The notes beneath the pieces were generated by a model. The model was not told where the DNA came from. It did not search any database and saw only the letters and a list, made by a program, of their open reading frames with translations. Shown here piece by piece: positions 11,830 to 22,699 of a stretch of 64,000 bases of DNA. The DNA comes from Callorhinchus milii (taxonomy: Eukaryota): contig NW_024704743.1 in NCBI RefSeq assembly GCF_018977255.1, forward strand, positions 12,278,001-12,342,000. The letters run 5' to 3'. The position numbers were made by a program, and so were the translations under genes. Position 1 is the stretch's first letter. Every line of letters starts with the position of its first letter.

Positions 11830-13185
11830 ACAGCAACAACAAGATTGCATTGATAGTGCGCCTTTCATGTCGGGAGGACGTTCCAAGGCGCTGGACAGTT
11901 GGGTCGGGACCCGAGCAGGGGGGAAATGGTCAGGATGAGAGGAAGGAAGGAAGGGAGGGAGCGAGGAGGTGTTAGAGAGTTGAGAGGGGAGGTGAAAGCT
12001 CGGTTGAAGAGAAAGGTCTTGAGACCGGCCTTGAAGGAGGAAAGGGAGGAAGCAAGGCAAAGGCACTGGGGGATGGAGTTCCAGAGCCGAGGGGCTGGGA
12101 GGCTGAAAGCCCAGCCTCCGATGGTAGGGTGGTTAGGGCGGGGGATGTGGAGCAGACCGGAGCCAGAGGAACGGAGGGTACGGGCAGGTAAGTAGGGGGA
12201 TAGTAGGTCGGAGAGGTAGGAGGGAGCAAGGCCGTGAATGGCCTTGTAGGTGAGGTTGAGGATCTTGAATTCAATCCTCTGGGGGATGGGGAGCCAGTGG
12301 AGGCGAGCGAGGGTGGGAGTGATGTGGTCCCGAAGACTGGTGCGGGACAGTACACGAGCTGCAGAGTTCTGAATGACCTGCAGCTTGTGGAGGGAGGTGC
12401 CGGGAAGGCCGACGAGGAGAGAGTTCCCGTAGTCCAGCCTTGAGGTGATAAAGGCGTGGACCGGTGTTTCAGCCGCGTGAGGGGTGAGGTAGTGCCGTAG
12501 TCTGGCGATATTCCGGAGGTGGTGGAGGGCAGTGCCAGTTGTGGCGCGGATATGGGGGAGAAAGGACAGCTCAGGGTCGAACAGAACACCAAGGTTCCTG
12601 ACTGGCTTTGAGAGGTGGAGAGTGCAGCCTTGGATGCTGATGGTGTCGGCGCCTGAGGTGTGGAGGCGCTGACGTGAGCCAATCAGGAGGGCCTCAGTTT
12701 TGTGCACGTTGAGCTGAAGAAAGTTGTCTCTCGTCCAGGACTCAATGTCGGACAGTCAGGCTGTCAGGACATCGGTGGTCATGGAGTTGAGGGTAGAAGA
12801 GGAAAGGTAGAGTTGGGTGTCATCTGCATACATGTGGAAGTTAACTCCATGTCTGCGGATGATGTCACCGAGGGGGAGCATATAGAGGGTGAAGAGGAGG
12901 GGACCGAGGACAGAGCCCTGAGGGACAGTTCGGGGGCTGGAGGAAAAGCCGTTAGCGGAGACAAAATGAAGACGGTGGGAGAGGTACGACCTAAACCACT
13001 CAAGGACAGGGCCTTGAAGGTTTAGGTGGGAGGACAAGCGGTGGAGGAGGATAGAGTGGTCGACCGTATCGAATGCGGCCAATAGGTCGAGGAGGACGTG
13101 GAGGCAGAGGGAGCCCTGTTCGCAGATGGTCAAGATGTCATTATTGACCTTGACCAGTGCGGTTTCCGTGCTATGGGCGGTTGAA
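11830..13185 (-). mobile_element. Relatively young L2 LINE, 3' ~1.35 kb (RT C-half + tail)
   Basis: [69 protein letters not shown] in ORFs 12756-13286 and 11865-12707. Confidence 0.93.
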
Positions 13186-13199
13186 GTGAGGTCCTGTAG

Positions 13200-14410
13200 A
13201 ATAGTGATTAGAGCACTCGCCTGACAAGCTTTAAACCAGTAAGGGGGTGGAAAACAAAACATAAGGCCAGGAGAGGATGAGAGCAACAGTTAGAATTACA
13301 AGTCGTGATAAAGATAACATAAATACTACAGGAAAGAAAAAGGTAATAAGAAGTTATTCCAAAAGTTTAACAAGTCAAAAAGTGTGAGAAGAACATCGTC
13401 AGGGCAAATAGGCATGTTAGGGACAGTTACCCAAATAAGAGTTATGTATACAAATGCACGTAGCATAAGAAATAAAACAAATGAGTTAGAAGCACACATT
13501 CAGCTTAAAAGGTATGATGTAGTAGCCATTACAGAGACCTGGTTACAAGCTGGACAGGACTGGGAGCTAAATATTCCAGGTTATAAGATCTTTAGAAAAG
13601 ACAGGGACATTGGGAAAGGAGGAGGAGTAGCAATATTGATAAAAGACACTATTACAGCAGTGGAAAGGAAAGATTTCAATAAAGGCAATCAGGTCGTGGA
13701 AATACTGTAGGTAGAATTAAGGAACAGTAAAGTGGATAAGACTCTGTTCGGGGTAGTCTACAGACCTCCAGAGAGTTGTGATGTAGTAGGGAAATGCATA
13801 AATATGGAGATCAGGGAAGCATGTAGCAAAGGCTTAGTGGTTAAAATGGGAAATTTTAATTTTCACATAGACTGGGAGAAGCAGGACACCTCAAGTAGTG
13901 AAGGCAACAAATTTCTAGAATGTATTCAGCACAGTTTTTTGGAACAATATGTTTTAGAACCAACAAAAGAACAAGCCATATCGGATTTGCTGACGAGTAA
14001 TGAACCAGAACTAGTTAACAATCTGACAGTAAGGGAACATCTTGCAAATAGTGATAATAATATGATTGAATTTGACATTGGATTTGAGAGGGAGAAGGGA
14101 GAGTCCCAAACCAAGGTTTTAAATTTAGGTAAGGCAAACTTTGATGGGATGATAAATAAATTGATCACAGTAAACTGCACTGAACTGTTAGTGGGTAAAC
14201 CTGCAGATGAACAATGGGAAATAGTCAAAAAAGTATTTGATACAATACAGACTAAGGACATATCCCTAAAATGCAAAATTCAAGGTCCAATCGTGTAGTT
14301 AAGCAACCATGGTAGACAAAAGAGGTTAGAGAACGGAAAATAAGGAAATGGCTGACTTGTTAAATAAATACTTTGCTACCGCTTTAACAGTAGAGGATGA
14401 GAACAAAATA
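13200..14410 (+). mobile_element. CR1 LINE ORF2 N-terminal (APE endonuclease) fragment
   Basis: YTNARSIRNK, YDVVAITETWL, GVVYRPP, MGNFNF, LANSDNNMIEF; internal stop codons. Confidence 0.9.
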
Positions 14411-14797
14411 CCAGCCATACATGGAAATTCCAGAGAAATATTGTTGGAATGGTATGTGCAATCTCTCTCTCCCTGGAGGGACTCATCCTGCTTACCTAAT
14501 TCCAAAAAGTATTAGGTGCAGGTTGGCAGCAGTCAACCCTAGGGCACCTCGGAGTGTACATTGCGGTACTACTGATGTCCAAGTGCTCCGGGATGCTACC
14601 TTGCGTAAGGAGCCCTATATAAATGCAAGTTGTTGTTATTGAAAGCAGCTAAAACTGCATTACTTGCCATTCATTTCGCTGTCTAGCAAGCTTCCCTGCT
14701 GCTTGTCCAGCTTGGACCAATAGATGGGGCTGTTTCATTTTGGGAGTGAATCATCATTGATGAGCTAGAGTGATCTACATTTAACCTCTTTAACCAG

Positions 14798-14885
14798 CCA
14801 CGGAGGCTCTATAGTAATGGGTTTCCACGTGTGTCTGAACCGAATGACCAAAAAAAAGTTGGTCATTGGTTTCACACTTGCTATG
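14798..14885 (+). CDS. Candidate internal exon (88 nt) of the unidentified plus-strand transcript
   Basis: Acceptor cctctttaacCAG, weak donor ATG|GTAGTT; two open frames (PRRLYSNGF... or ...MGFHVCLNRMTKKKLVIGFTLAM); small unique island between repeats. Confidence 0.3.
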
Positions 14886-14894
14886 GTAGTTTCA

Positions 14895-15385
14895 TTCACT
14901 TCCTTGCTAAAATTCTGGGACGTGTTGTTGCAAATCAACATTGGTCACACCTCTCTCTCCGCTACTTATTCGAACCCTTCCAGTCCGGTGCCTGCCCTGC
15001 CCACAGCACAGAGACAACACTCACCAAAGTAACAAATCACGTCCTCTTTCTCCGTGCATCTGCTCCACCACCTCTCCTCCCTCATCCACCTCAGTGGGAC
15101 TGCACTCACCTGGTTTGAGTCCTATTTAACAAACTGCCATCACTTTGTCTCCATAAACAGTTTCTCCTCTCACCTCAGTCACCTGCAGGGTACCCCAAGG
15201 CTCCATCCTTGGCCCCTTCTTTACCTCATCTACATGCTCCTTCTTGGGCATGTCATCTGCAGACATGGGGTCAATTTCCATATGTATGCGGGTAACCACC
15301 CCCTCCAATTTACTTCTCCTCCAGCTGCGACTCCAGGTTTCCTTATGTCCTGTCAGCTTGTTTTTCGGACATCAAGGCCTGGATG
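14895..15385 (+). mobile_element. L2 LINE RT fragment
   Basis: [38 protein letters not shown]. Confidence 0.8.
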
Positions 15386-15389
15386 AACA

Positions 15390-18300
15390 CAAAACTCCTG
15401 CAGCTGAAACGTGGACAAGAACGGAAGCTTGTCTTGGGAACTCCAGGATGCTTTGTGTGTCCTGGACAAGCACATGTGAAGGTAGTGCCTCTGGCTGCTT
15501 GAGCTTGAGCTCAGAGTTTCTGAGCTTGAGAAGATACTGGAGTCACTACATAGCATACGGGAAGCTGAAGAGTTCATGGATCAAACGTTTCAAGGGGTGG
15601 TCACCCCAAGGCAACAGAGGGTTCAGAAGGAGAATGAGTTAGTGACCACCCGGTATGTTAAGAAGAGGGGACAGCAGTGGAGAAATCCCCTGAGAGTGTG
15701 GTACGCACAAACCGGTTCTCTGTACTGAATATTGGTGAGGGTGATGATACCTCTGGGCAGGGGAGAAAAAAGCAAATGGATGCACAGTGGGGCACAGGGA
15801 AGAGTGTCAATTCAGTTGTCATTGGGGACACAACAGTGAAAGGAGTAGACAGGCGTTTCTGCAACCAAAGACATGCCTCTCGCATGGTATGTTGCCTCCC
15901 TGGTGCCAGGGTTGAAGACATCATGGAATGGGTGCAAGATATTCGACAGGAGGAAGAGGAACCTCCAGAAGTCGTGTTCCATGTTGGGATCCATGATGTA
16001 AGGAAAAAAAGGGCTGAGATCCTACAGGGAAAGTATCAAAAGCTAAGGAAAAAGGTAATGCGTACTACCTCAAAGGTGGTGAACCCCAGGCTACTCCAGT
16101 GCCTTGTGCAAATGAGTATCAAAACAGCAGGATCAAATGCATGAATGTATGGCTGGAGAAATGGTACAAAAAGGAGGACTTCAGGTTCCTGGAACATTGG
16201 GACCAATTCTGGGGCAGGTGGGAACTATACAAGGTTACACCTGAACAGGGCTGGGACGCATGTCCTCGCAGGGAGGTTAACTAGTGCTTTGGGGAAGGAT
16301 TTAAACTAATTTTTAGGGAGGAAGAGAATCAGGAGGTAACATCAGGGAGGAGAACGAGTTACATAGAGGGCTGGGAGAGGCGAGGAGCAATGCAATAAAG
16401 AGTAATCCAGAAAAAGGAGGGATTAGACAGGGGAGAAATGCAGACTAAGTCAGTCTTGGACTGCATGTGCGTAAATGCATGGAGTGTGACAAGTAAGATC
16501 GGTGAGCTGCAGGCTCAAGTTGCCACATGTTATGATATAGTGGCAATGATGGACACCGAGCTCAAACAAGGGCAGGAATGGGAGCTGAATATTCCTGGCT
16601 ACAATGTATTCAGAAAGGATAGGGAAGGAAAAAAAGGAGTACAATATTGATTAAGGACACGGTTACGTCCCTGGAAAAGGACGATGTGCTAGAGGGTCCA
16701 AAAGCAGAATCTATTTGGTTAGAGTTAAGGAGCAGAAAAAGGGCTATTACTCTGTTAGGTGTATACTATAGACCACCAAATAGTGGGAAGGAGATAGACG
16801 AGCAAATCTGCAACCAGATTTCAGAAAGATTCAAAACCAAAAGAGTAATGATAATGGAGGACATCAATTATCCTGACGTAGACTGGCAAAATAACAGTGT
16901 AAAGGGCCAGGAGGGGGAAGGATATCTGAAATGTGTGTAGGATAACTTTCATTAGAATGCATTAGAATATACAGCACAGAAACAGGCCATTCGGCCCAAC
17001 TGGTCTATGCTGGCGTGTTCTGGATCAGTATGTTTCCAGCCCAACGAGGAAGGAAGCAGTGCTGGATCTAGTTCTGGGGAATGAAGTGGAGCAGGTTTCA
17101 CTTAGAGAACATCTGGATAGCAGTGATAACAACATCATTAGGTTTAGAGTACTTATGGAAAGGGACAAGGAACAATCAAAGGTGAAGATACTCAACTGGA
17201 AGAGGGCAATTTCAGTGAGTTAAAAAGGGACCTAGACAAGGTGGATTTGAAAGAAAGATTGGCAAGTAAACCAGCTAATGAGCAATGAGAAGCCTTCAAG
17301 GAGGAGATAGTACGGGGGCAGAACAAATACAATCCCACAAAGGGGAAAGGTAGGGCATCCAAACCTCCCTGGATGTCAAAGAAAATTACAATTAAAACAG
17401 AAAAAGGAGGCTTAAGATAAATGTCAGGTCCAAAATACAAAAGATAATCATTTAGAATATAGAAAGTACAGAGGAGAACTGAAAAAGGAAATAAAAGGGG
17501 CAAAGAGATTGTATGGGAAAAGACTAGTGGGTAAAATAAAAGGGAACCCTAAGGTATTTTATCAGCATATAAAGAATAAAAGGTTAGGCAAAGGTAGGAT
17601 GGGTCCAATTAGGGGACCAAAGAGGAAATCTTCTTGTGGAGGAAGAGGGCATGGCTGATGTACTGAATGAGTACTTTGTATTTGTCTTCAAAAAAGAAGG
17701 GGGTACAACCAATGCCAGTATCGGAGGAGAGGGTAGAGAAATTGGATAAGATAAGAATAAACAGAGGAGGTACTGAAAAGGTTGATGGTGCTCAAGGTAG
17801 ATAAGTCACCCAGTCCAGACAGGATGCATCCTAGGTTACTGAGAAAAGTAATAGTGGAAGCTCTGGCCACAATCTTTCAATCCTTCTTGGGTACCAGGGT
17901 GGTGCCAGAGGACTGGAGGGTTACAAATGCTACTTCCCTGTGCAAAAAAGGGCAGAAGGATAAACCTGGGAACTATGTCAGTAGTCCAGCGCCATGGGAC
18001 GTCCTTCTGACGTGAAAGGCACTCTATAAATGTAATTTTGTTGTTGTTGTAGTGGGGAAACTTCTAGATGTTATAAGTATCTAGATCCGGGACAAAATAA
18101 ATTTTCACTTAGAAAAATATGGATTAATTGTTAATTGTTAATTGTCTTGTTGAAGACAAATCATGTCTAACAAACCTGATAGAGTTTTTGATGAAGTAAT
18201 GGTGTTTATGGACTTTCAAAAGGTGTTTGGTAAAGTGCCACATAAGAGACTTGTAAGCAAAATAGAAGCCCACGGTATTAAAGGGACAGTGGCAGCATTG

Positions 18301-19400
18301 ATACAAAACTGGCTGGGAGACAGAAAGCAGAGAATGGTGGTGAATGGTTATTTTTCTGACTGGACGGAAGTGCTGTCCCCCAGGGGAAAATATTGGGACC
18401 ACTGCTGTTTTTGATCTATATGAATGACCTGGACTTGGGTATAGGGAGCACAATTTCCAAGTTTGCAGATGATACTAAGTAGTAAACAGTGAGGAGGATA
18501 GCGGTAGACTGCAGGAGGACATAGACAGATTGGTAAAATGGGCAGACACGTAGCAGATGAAGTTTAATGTGGAGAAATGCAAATTAATGCATTTTGGGTG
18601 GAAGAATGAGGAGAGGCAATATAAGCTGATGGTACAATCTTAAATGGGGTGAAGCAACAGAGAGACCTGGGGGTTCATATAAGTAAATCTTTGAAGGTGG
18701 CAGAACAGGTAGATAAAGCTGTTAAATAAGCATACGGGATACTAGGCTTTATAAATAGGGGTATAGAATACAAAAGTCAGGAAGTTATGATAGTAATAAT
18801 CTTTACATTTGATGTGCCTTATCACATCTTCAAATCGTCTCAAAGTGCTTCACAGAATATACTGTAAAGTGAATTGACTATATTCATGCAGCAGCCAATT
18901 GCACACAGCAATTGTGGATTGAGTGACCAATTTTTTTTTGTTTTTGAAGGAGTTATTACCCTCTGAAAAGCGATCCGCCAATTAACTAACAACCGGGTTG
19001 CTACTTACTGCTAGGTAAACAGAGCCATGTGGAATAAGGAAACTTGTCCAACATTTCACCCTGCTGAGAATGGAACCCAGGTCTCTCGCTTGCAAGGCAA
19101 GTGCTCTAACCACTAAGCTACAGGACTTTATGATGAACCTTTATAAAACAATGGTTAGGCTTTAGCTAGAGTACTGTGTACAGTTCTGGGCACCACATTC
19201 TGGAAAGGAAGTCAAGACGTTGGAGAGGGTGGAAAGGAGATTTATCAGGATGGTATCAGGAATGAGGGATTTCAGTTGTCAGGAGAGGATAGAGAAGCTA
19301 GGATTATTCTTCTTGGAGCAGAGAAGGTTAAGAGGAGACTTAATACAAGTTTTCAAAATTATGAGGGGATTCGATAGGGTGGGTCGGTAACCCGAGGACA
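15390..19400 (+). mobile_element. Near-full-length degraded CR1 LINE (ORF1 Zn-finger/coiled-coil + SGNH esterase; ORF2 APE + RT) with nested insertions
   Basis: ORF1 VVIGDTTVKGVDRRFC..SRMVCCLPGARVEDI; ORF2 [59 protein letters not shown] (~18456-18478); many stops and frameshifts. Confidence 0.92.
18790..19127 (-). mobile_element. tRNA-Ala-headed SINE inserted into the CR1
   Basis: Full SINE in reverse; CR1 resumes at ttatgatgaacc, with ttatgat on both sides. Confidence 0.85.
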
Positions 19401-20030
19401 CCATCCAACTTCCACACCTTTTGCTCTCCTCCCCTGTTGACTCCAACCCCGACTTGGGGTGGAAATCCTTAACTGTCCAGCGCCTTGGGACGCCCATCTG
19501 ATGTGAAAGGTGCTGTACAGTTTGTTGTTGTTGCAATGTCCCACAAACAACCATGATTGAATTTACTTATGGCCAGTTTAGGATTGCTCTTGTGACAGTC
19601 TGCCTTATCACCCTGTAAATGAACTTTCTGCTAGGTTCTGGGCCACTGTTACAAGCCTGCGTTCAGAGCAGTCATGACCAAGACAAACAATAAGCCTTTG
19701 TGTTCATAGAAATGCATGTGCTCTCCATGCACCAGCAAGCCTCTCGCAAGGGGGATATTACAGGAAGGACGACAGATTGTTTATGAAATTAAGCACTTTT
19801 AGTGATGTATCATGTGTGCAAGCAGGCAGTAGGGGCTTTCCTACTGTGATGGAAAATCTGAGGGATTCCTTCAAATTGTCCTTCCACTCCAAGTGGGCAG
19901 GACAAAGCACCATTTCCAGAGGTTTGGGAACAGAGGTTTCGGAGTCGAGTGTATGGCACTAGAAGCTCAATTACGAAGAGAGCCAATGTATTGTACACAT
20001 TGCTTCACTTAAAGTCCCTTTGCTTTGCAG

Positions 20031-20063
20031 TTGATCATCTTTCCAATGGTCAGTGGTCAAAGG
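20031..20063 (+). CDS. Candidate 33-nt internal exon (LIIFPMVSGQR phase 0, or xDHLSNGQWSK phase 1)
   Basis: Strong acceptor ccctttgctttgCAG and strong donor AGG|GTAAGG; frame-preserving length. Confidence 0.4.
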
Positions 20064-20097
20064 GTAAGGTTTGCTTCTGACTAAATGTTTGCATCTT

Positions 20098-20412
20098 TGG
20101 AGTCCCATAACGTAGTGGCTAACACGCTTGTCTCCCAAGCGAGAAGACCCGGGTTCGATTCCCAGGAAGGGTGAAACTTTAGGCAGGTTCCTTACTTCAC
20201 ACCTCTGTTTACCTAGTATTAAGTAGGAACCTGGTTGTTAATCGATTGGCGGATCACTTTTCAGGTAATAATCTCACCAAAAAATATTAATTTGTTCACT
20301 CAATCCATGTTTGTGGGACACTACTGTGCGAAATTGGCTGCCACGTTTCGCCCAAAGAATAAACAGTCAATCCACTTTACAATATATTCTGTTTAGCGCA
20401 TTGAGACATCTC
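20098..20412 (+). mobile_element. tRNA-Ala-headed SINE
   Basis: ggagtccc...GGTTCGATTCC head and family body; tail interrupted by a short L2 3' copy (20413-20590, minus). Confidence 0.85.
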
Positions 20413-20589
20413 AACAACAACAACAACAAGATTCCATTTATAGAGCGCCTTTCACGTCGGGCGGACGTCCCAAGGCGCTGTACAGTTGGGTCGGGACCCG
20501 AGCAGGGGGGAAATGGTCAGGGTGAGGGGAGGGAAGGGAGGGAGCGAGGAGGGGGTAGAGAGTCGAGAGGGGAGCTGAAGGCACGGTCA

Positions 20590-21945
20590 AATTACCACCC
20601 CATTTCAAACCTTCCTTTTCTTTCCAAGGTCATGCAATGAGTTATTGCTTCCCAGCTTTTCTCTTTCCTCTCCCAGCATTCCTTGCATGAACCCCTCCAA
20701 TCTGGGTTTTGTGCTGCTCACAGCACAGAGACAGACCTGGTCAAAGTGACAAATGACATTCTGTCCACCTGTGACCACAGTTCTCTCTGTCTCCTTGTCC
20801 TTTTCAACCTCTCAGCCGCTTTCGATACCGTCGACCACTCTATTCTTCTCCACCACCTCTCCTCTCACCTCCACCTCAACAGTTCTGTCCTTGCTGGTTC
20901 CAATCCTACGTCCCTTCCAATCCCATCGTCTGCACTTCGTGTTCACTAATGGCTTCTCCTCCAGCTCCCGCACTGTCACGTGTGGCATCCCTCAGGGCTC
21001 TGTACCCTCCTCTGCAATCTATACATGTTCCTGCTCAGTGATGTCATCCGTAAGCAAGGGGTCAACTTCTACGTGTATGTGGATGACACCCAATTCTACT
21101 TCTCCGCCTCCATCCTCAACTACAGGACCACTGCTGTCCTCATAGACTGCCTGTCAGACATCAAGTCCTGGATGAGAGCTAAGTTTCTCCACTTTAATGT
21201 CAACAAGATACTTCACCTCACCGAGCCAATCCAAAACTTCATTGCCCTTTTCGACCCTCAGCTTTCCTTCAAACCCCATGTTCGTGCTGTGACCTGTTCT
21301 GCCTTTCCCCATCTCCACAACATTGCCTGCCTTCACCACTGCCTCTCACCACAGGCTGCTGAGACACTGATCCATGCTTTCATCACGTCCCAGCTTGACT
21401 ACGCCAACTGCCTGCTCACTGGACTTCCCACCTCTTCACTTCTCAAGCTTCAGATTATTCAGAACTTTGTAGCTCATGTCCTCTCCTGCACCAGGCTCCG
21501 CAAACCTATCATCCCGGTTCTTCACAGGCTCCTCATCCCTCAGAGAATGGAGTACAAAACACGTGTTCTCACCTTCAAAGTCCTCCATGGTCTTGCTCTC
21601 CCCTACCTCTCCGACCTCATAACCCCACATCAGCCTGTGCACTCCCGCCGCTTGTCGGACACCGACCTGCTTCAGGTCGACGCACTTCTCCTCAGCTTCT
21701 CTGCCCCCACACTCTGGAACTCTATCCCGTAATCCCGTTACCCCCTCTCTAACCTCCTTCAAGTTCTGTCTAAAGACCCTCCCTCTTCAACCGTGCCTTC
21801 AGCCACCCTCCCAACTCCACCCCATGTTCTCCACCCCTCCTGACCCCAACTCCTAGCTCAGGTCAAAAAAAACCCTGACTGCCCAGGCCCTGGAACATCT
21901 TTCCGACGTGAAGGGTGCTATGCAAGTATAATTTATTGTTGTTGT
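20590..21945 (+). mobile_element. L2 LINE RT-to-3' fragment
   Basis: [61 protein letters not shown], tail. Confidence 0.9.
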
Positions 21946-22028
21946 CTCAATGATGTGATAATGCAAGTATTATTGTTATTTTATTATTATTACTATCTTT
22001 CCAAAGAAAAGAGGCAGGAACTGAGAAT

Positions 22029-22330
22029 GATAATAATAATAATCCTTGCATTTGATATAGTGGCATATCACATCTTCGAGACATCTCAAAGCGCTTCACA
22101 GAATATACTGGAAAGTGAATTGACTGTATATTTTGTGGGCGAAATACGGCAGCCAATTGCGCACAACAATGTCCTACAAATATTCGCGGATTGAGTGACC
22201 AAATTATTACCCCAGAAAGCGATTACCCAATCGATTAAACAGAAATAAAGGTAAACAAAGGGGTAAGGAGTAAGGAAACTTGCCTAACGTTTCACCCTGC
22301 CCGGGAATTGAACCAGGCTCTCTCGCTCGG
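22029..22330 (-). mobile_element. tRNA-Ala-headed SINE
   Basis: (AAT)n ccttgcatttgatatag tail and family body in reverse. Confidence 0.85.
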
Positions 22331-22699
22331 TATAGACAAAAGGAAAGCACTTACATGTTTTTATTGGGCCTTTTCACATTGAACCATCTCGAATTTCGAG
22401 TGATTTGGAGTTGACTAACTGGCCACATCAGAGGCTGGAGGAACCGGGGATATAAACGACAGCTAATATTAATGATGGGGGAGGGGTGTGTGTCTGGCTG
22501 AGACTGATACACAACGTTAGCAATGTGACTCAGATTGCTACCTTTATGAGGTTTAATTAATGACGTTTCTGTCTGTTTGTTAAGCAAGTAGCTGAGCAGT
22601 GTAAACTGTAACCTGACTCAAACCTGCACAAGTCAACTAACTCAGCAAGCAACGTGTGCCGAAAACAGAAAACCAAAAGTTATCGTCCTTAGGGTTGAC

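Noticed and set aside
7941..14885. Resemblance of LPRRLYSNGFPRVSEPN to TMEM249 as recalled from memory
   Set aside because: Short, gapped and unverifiable here; the expected transmembrane segments do not follow. Needs BLASTP.
14817..20063. ELABELA/APELA (signal ending SG-QR) or GnRH (HWS) identity
   Set aside because: The diagnostic mature sequences (CxxRRCxPLHSRVPFP; QHWSxxxxPG-GKR) were not seen.
22355..22434. Minus-strand 80-nt exon-like segment
   Set aside because: Splice sites are plausible but there is no recognisable product and no partner exons.
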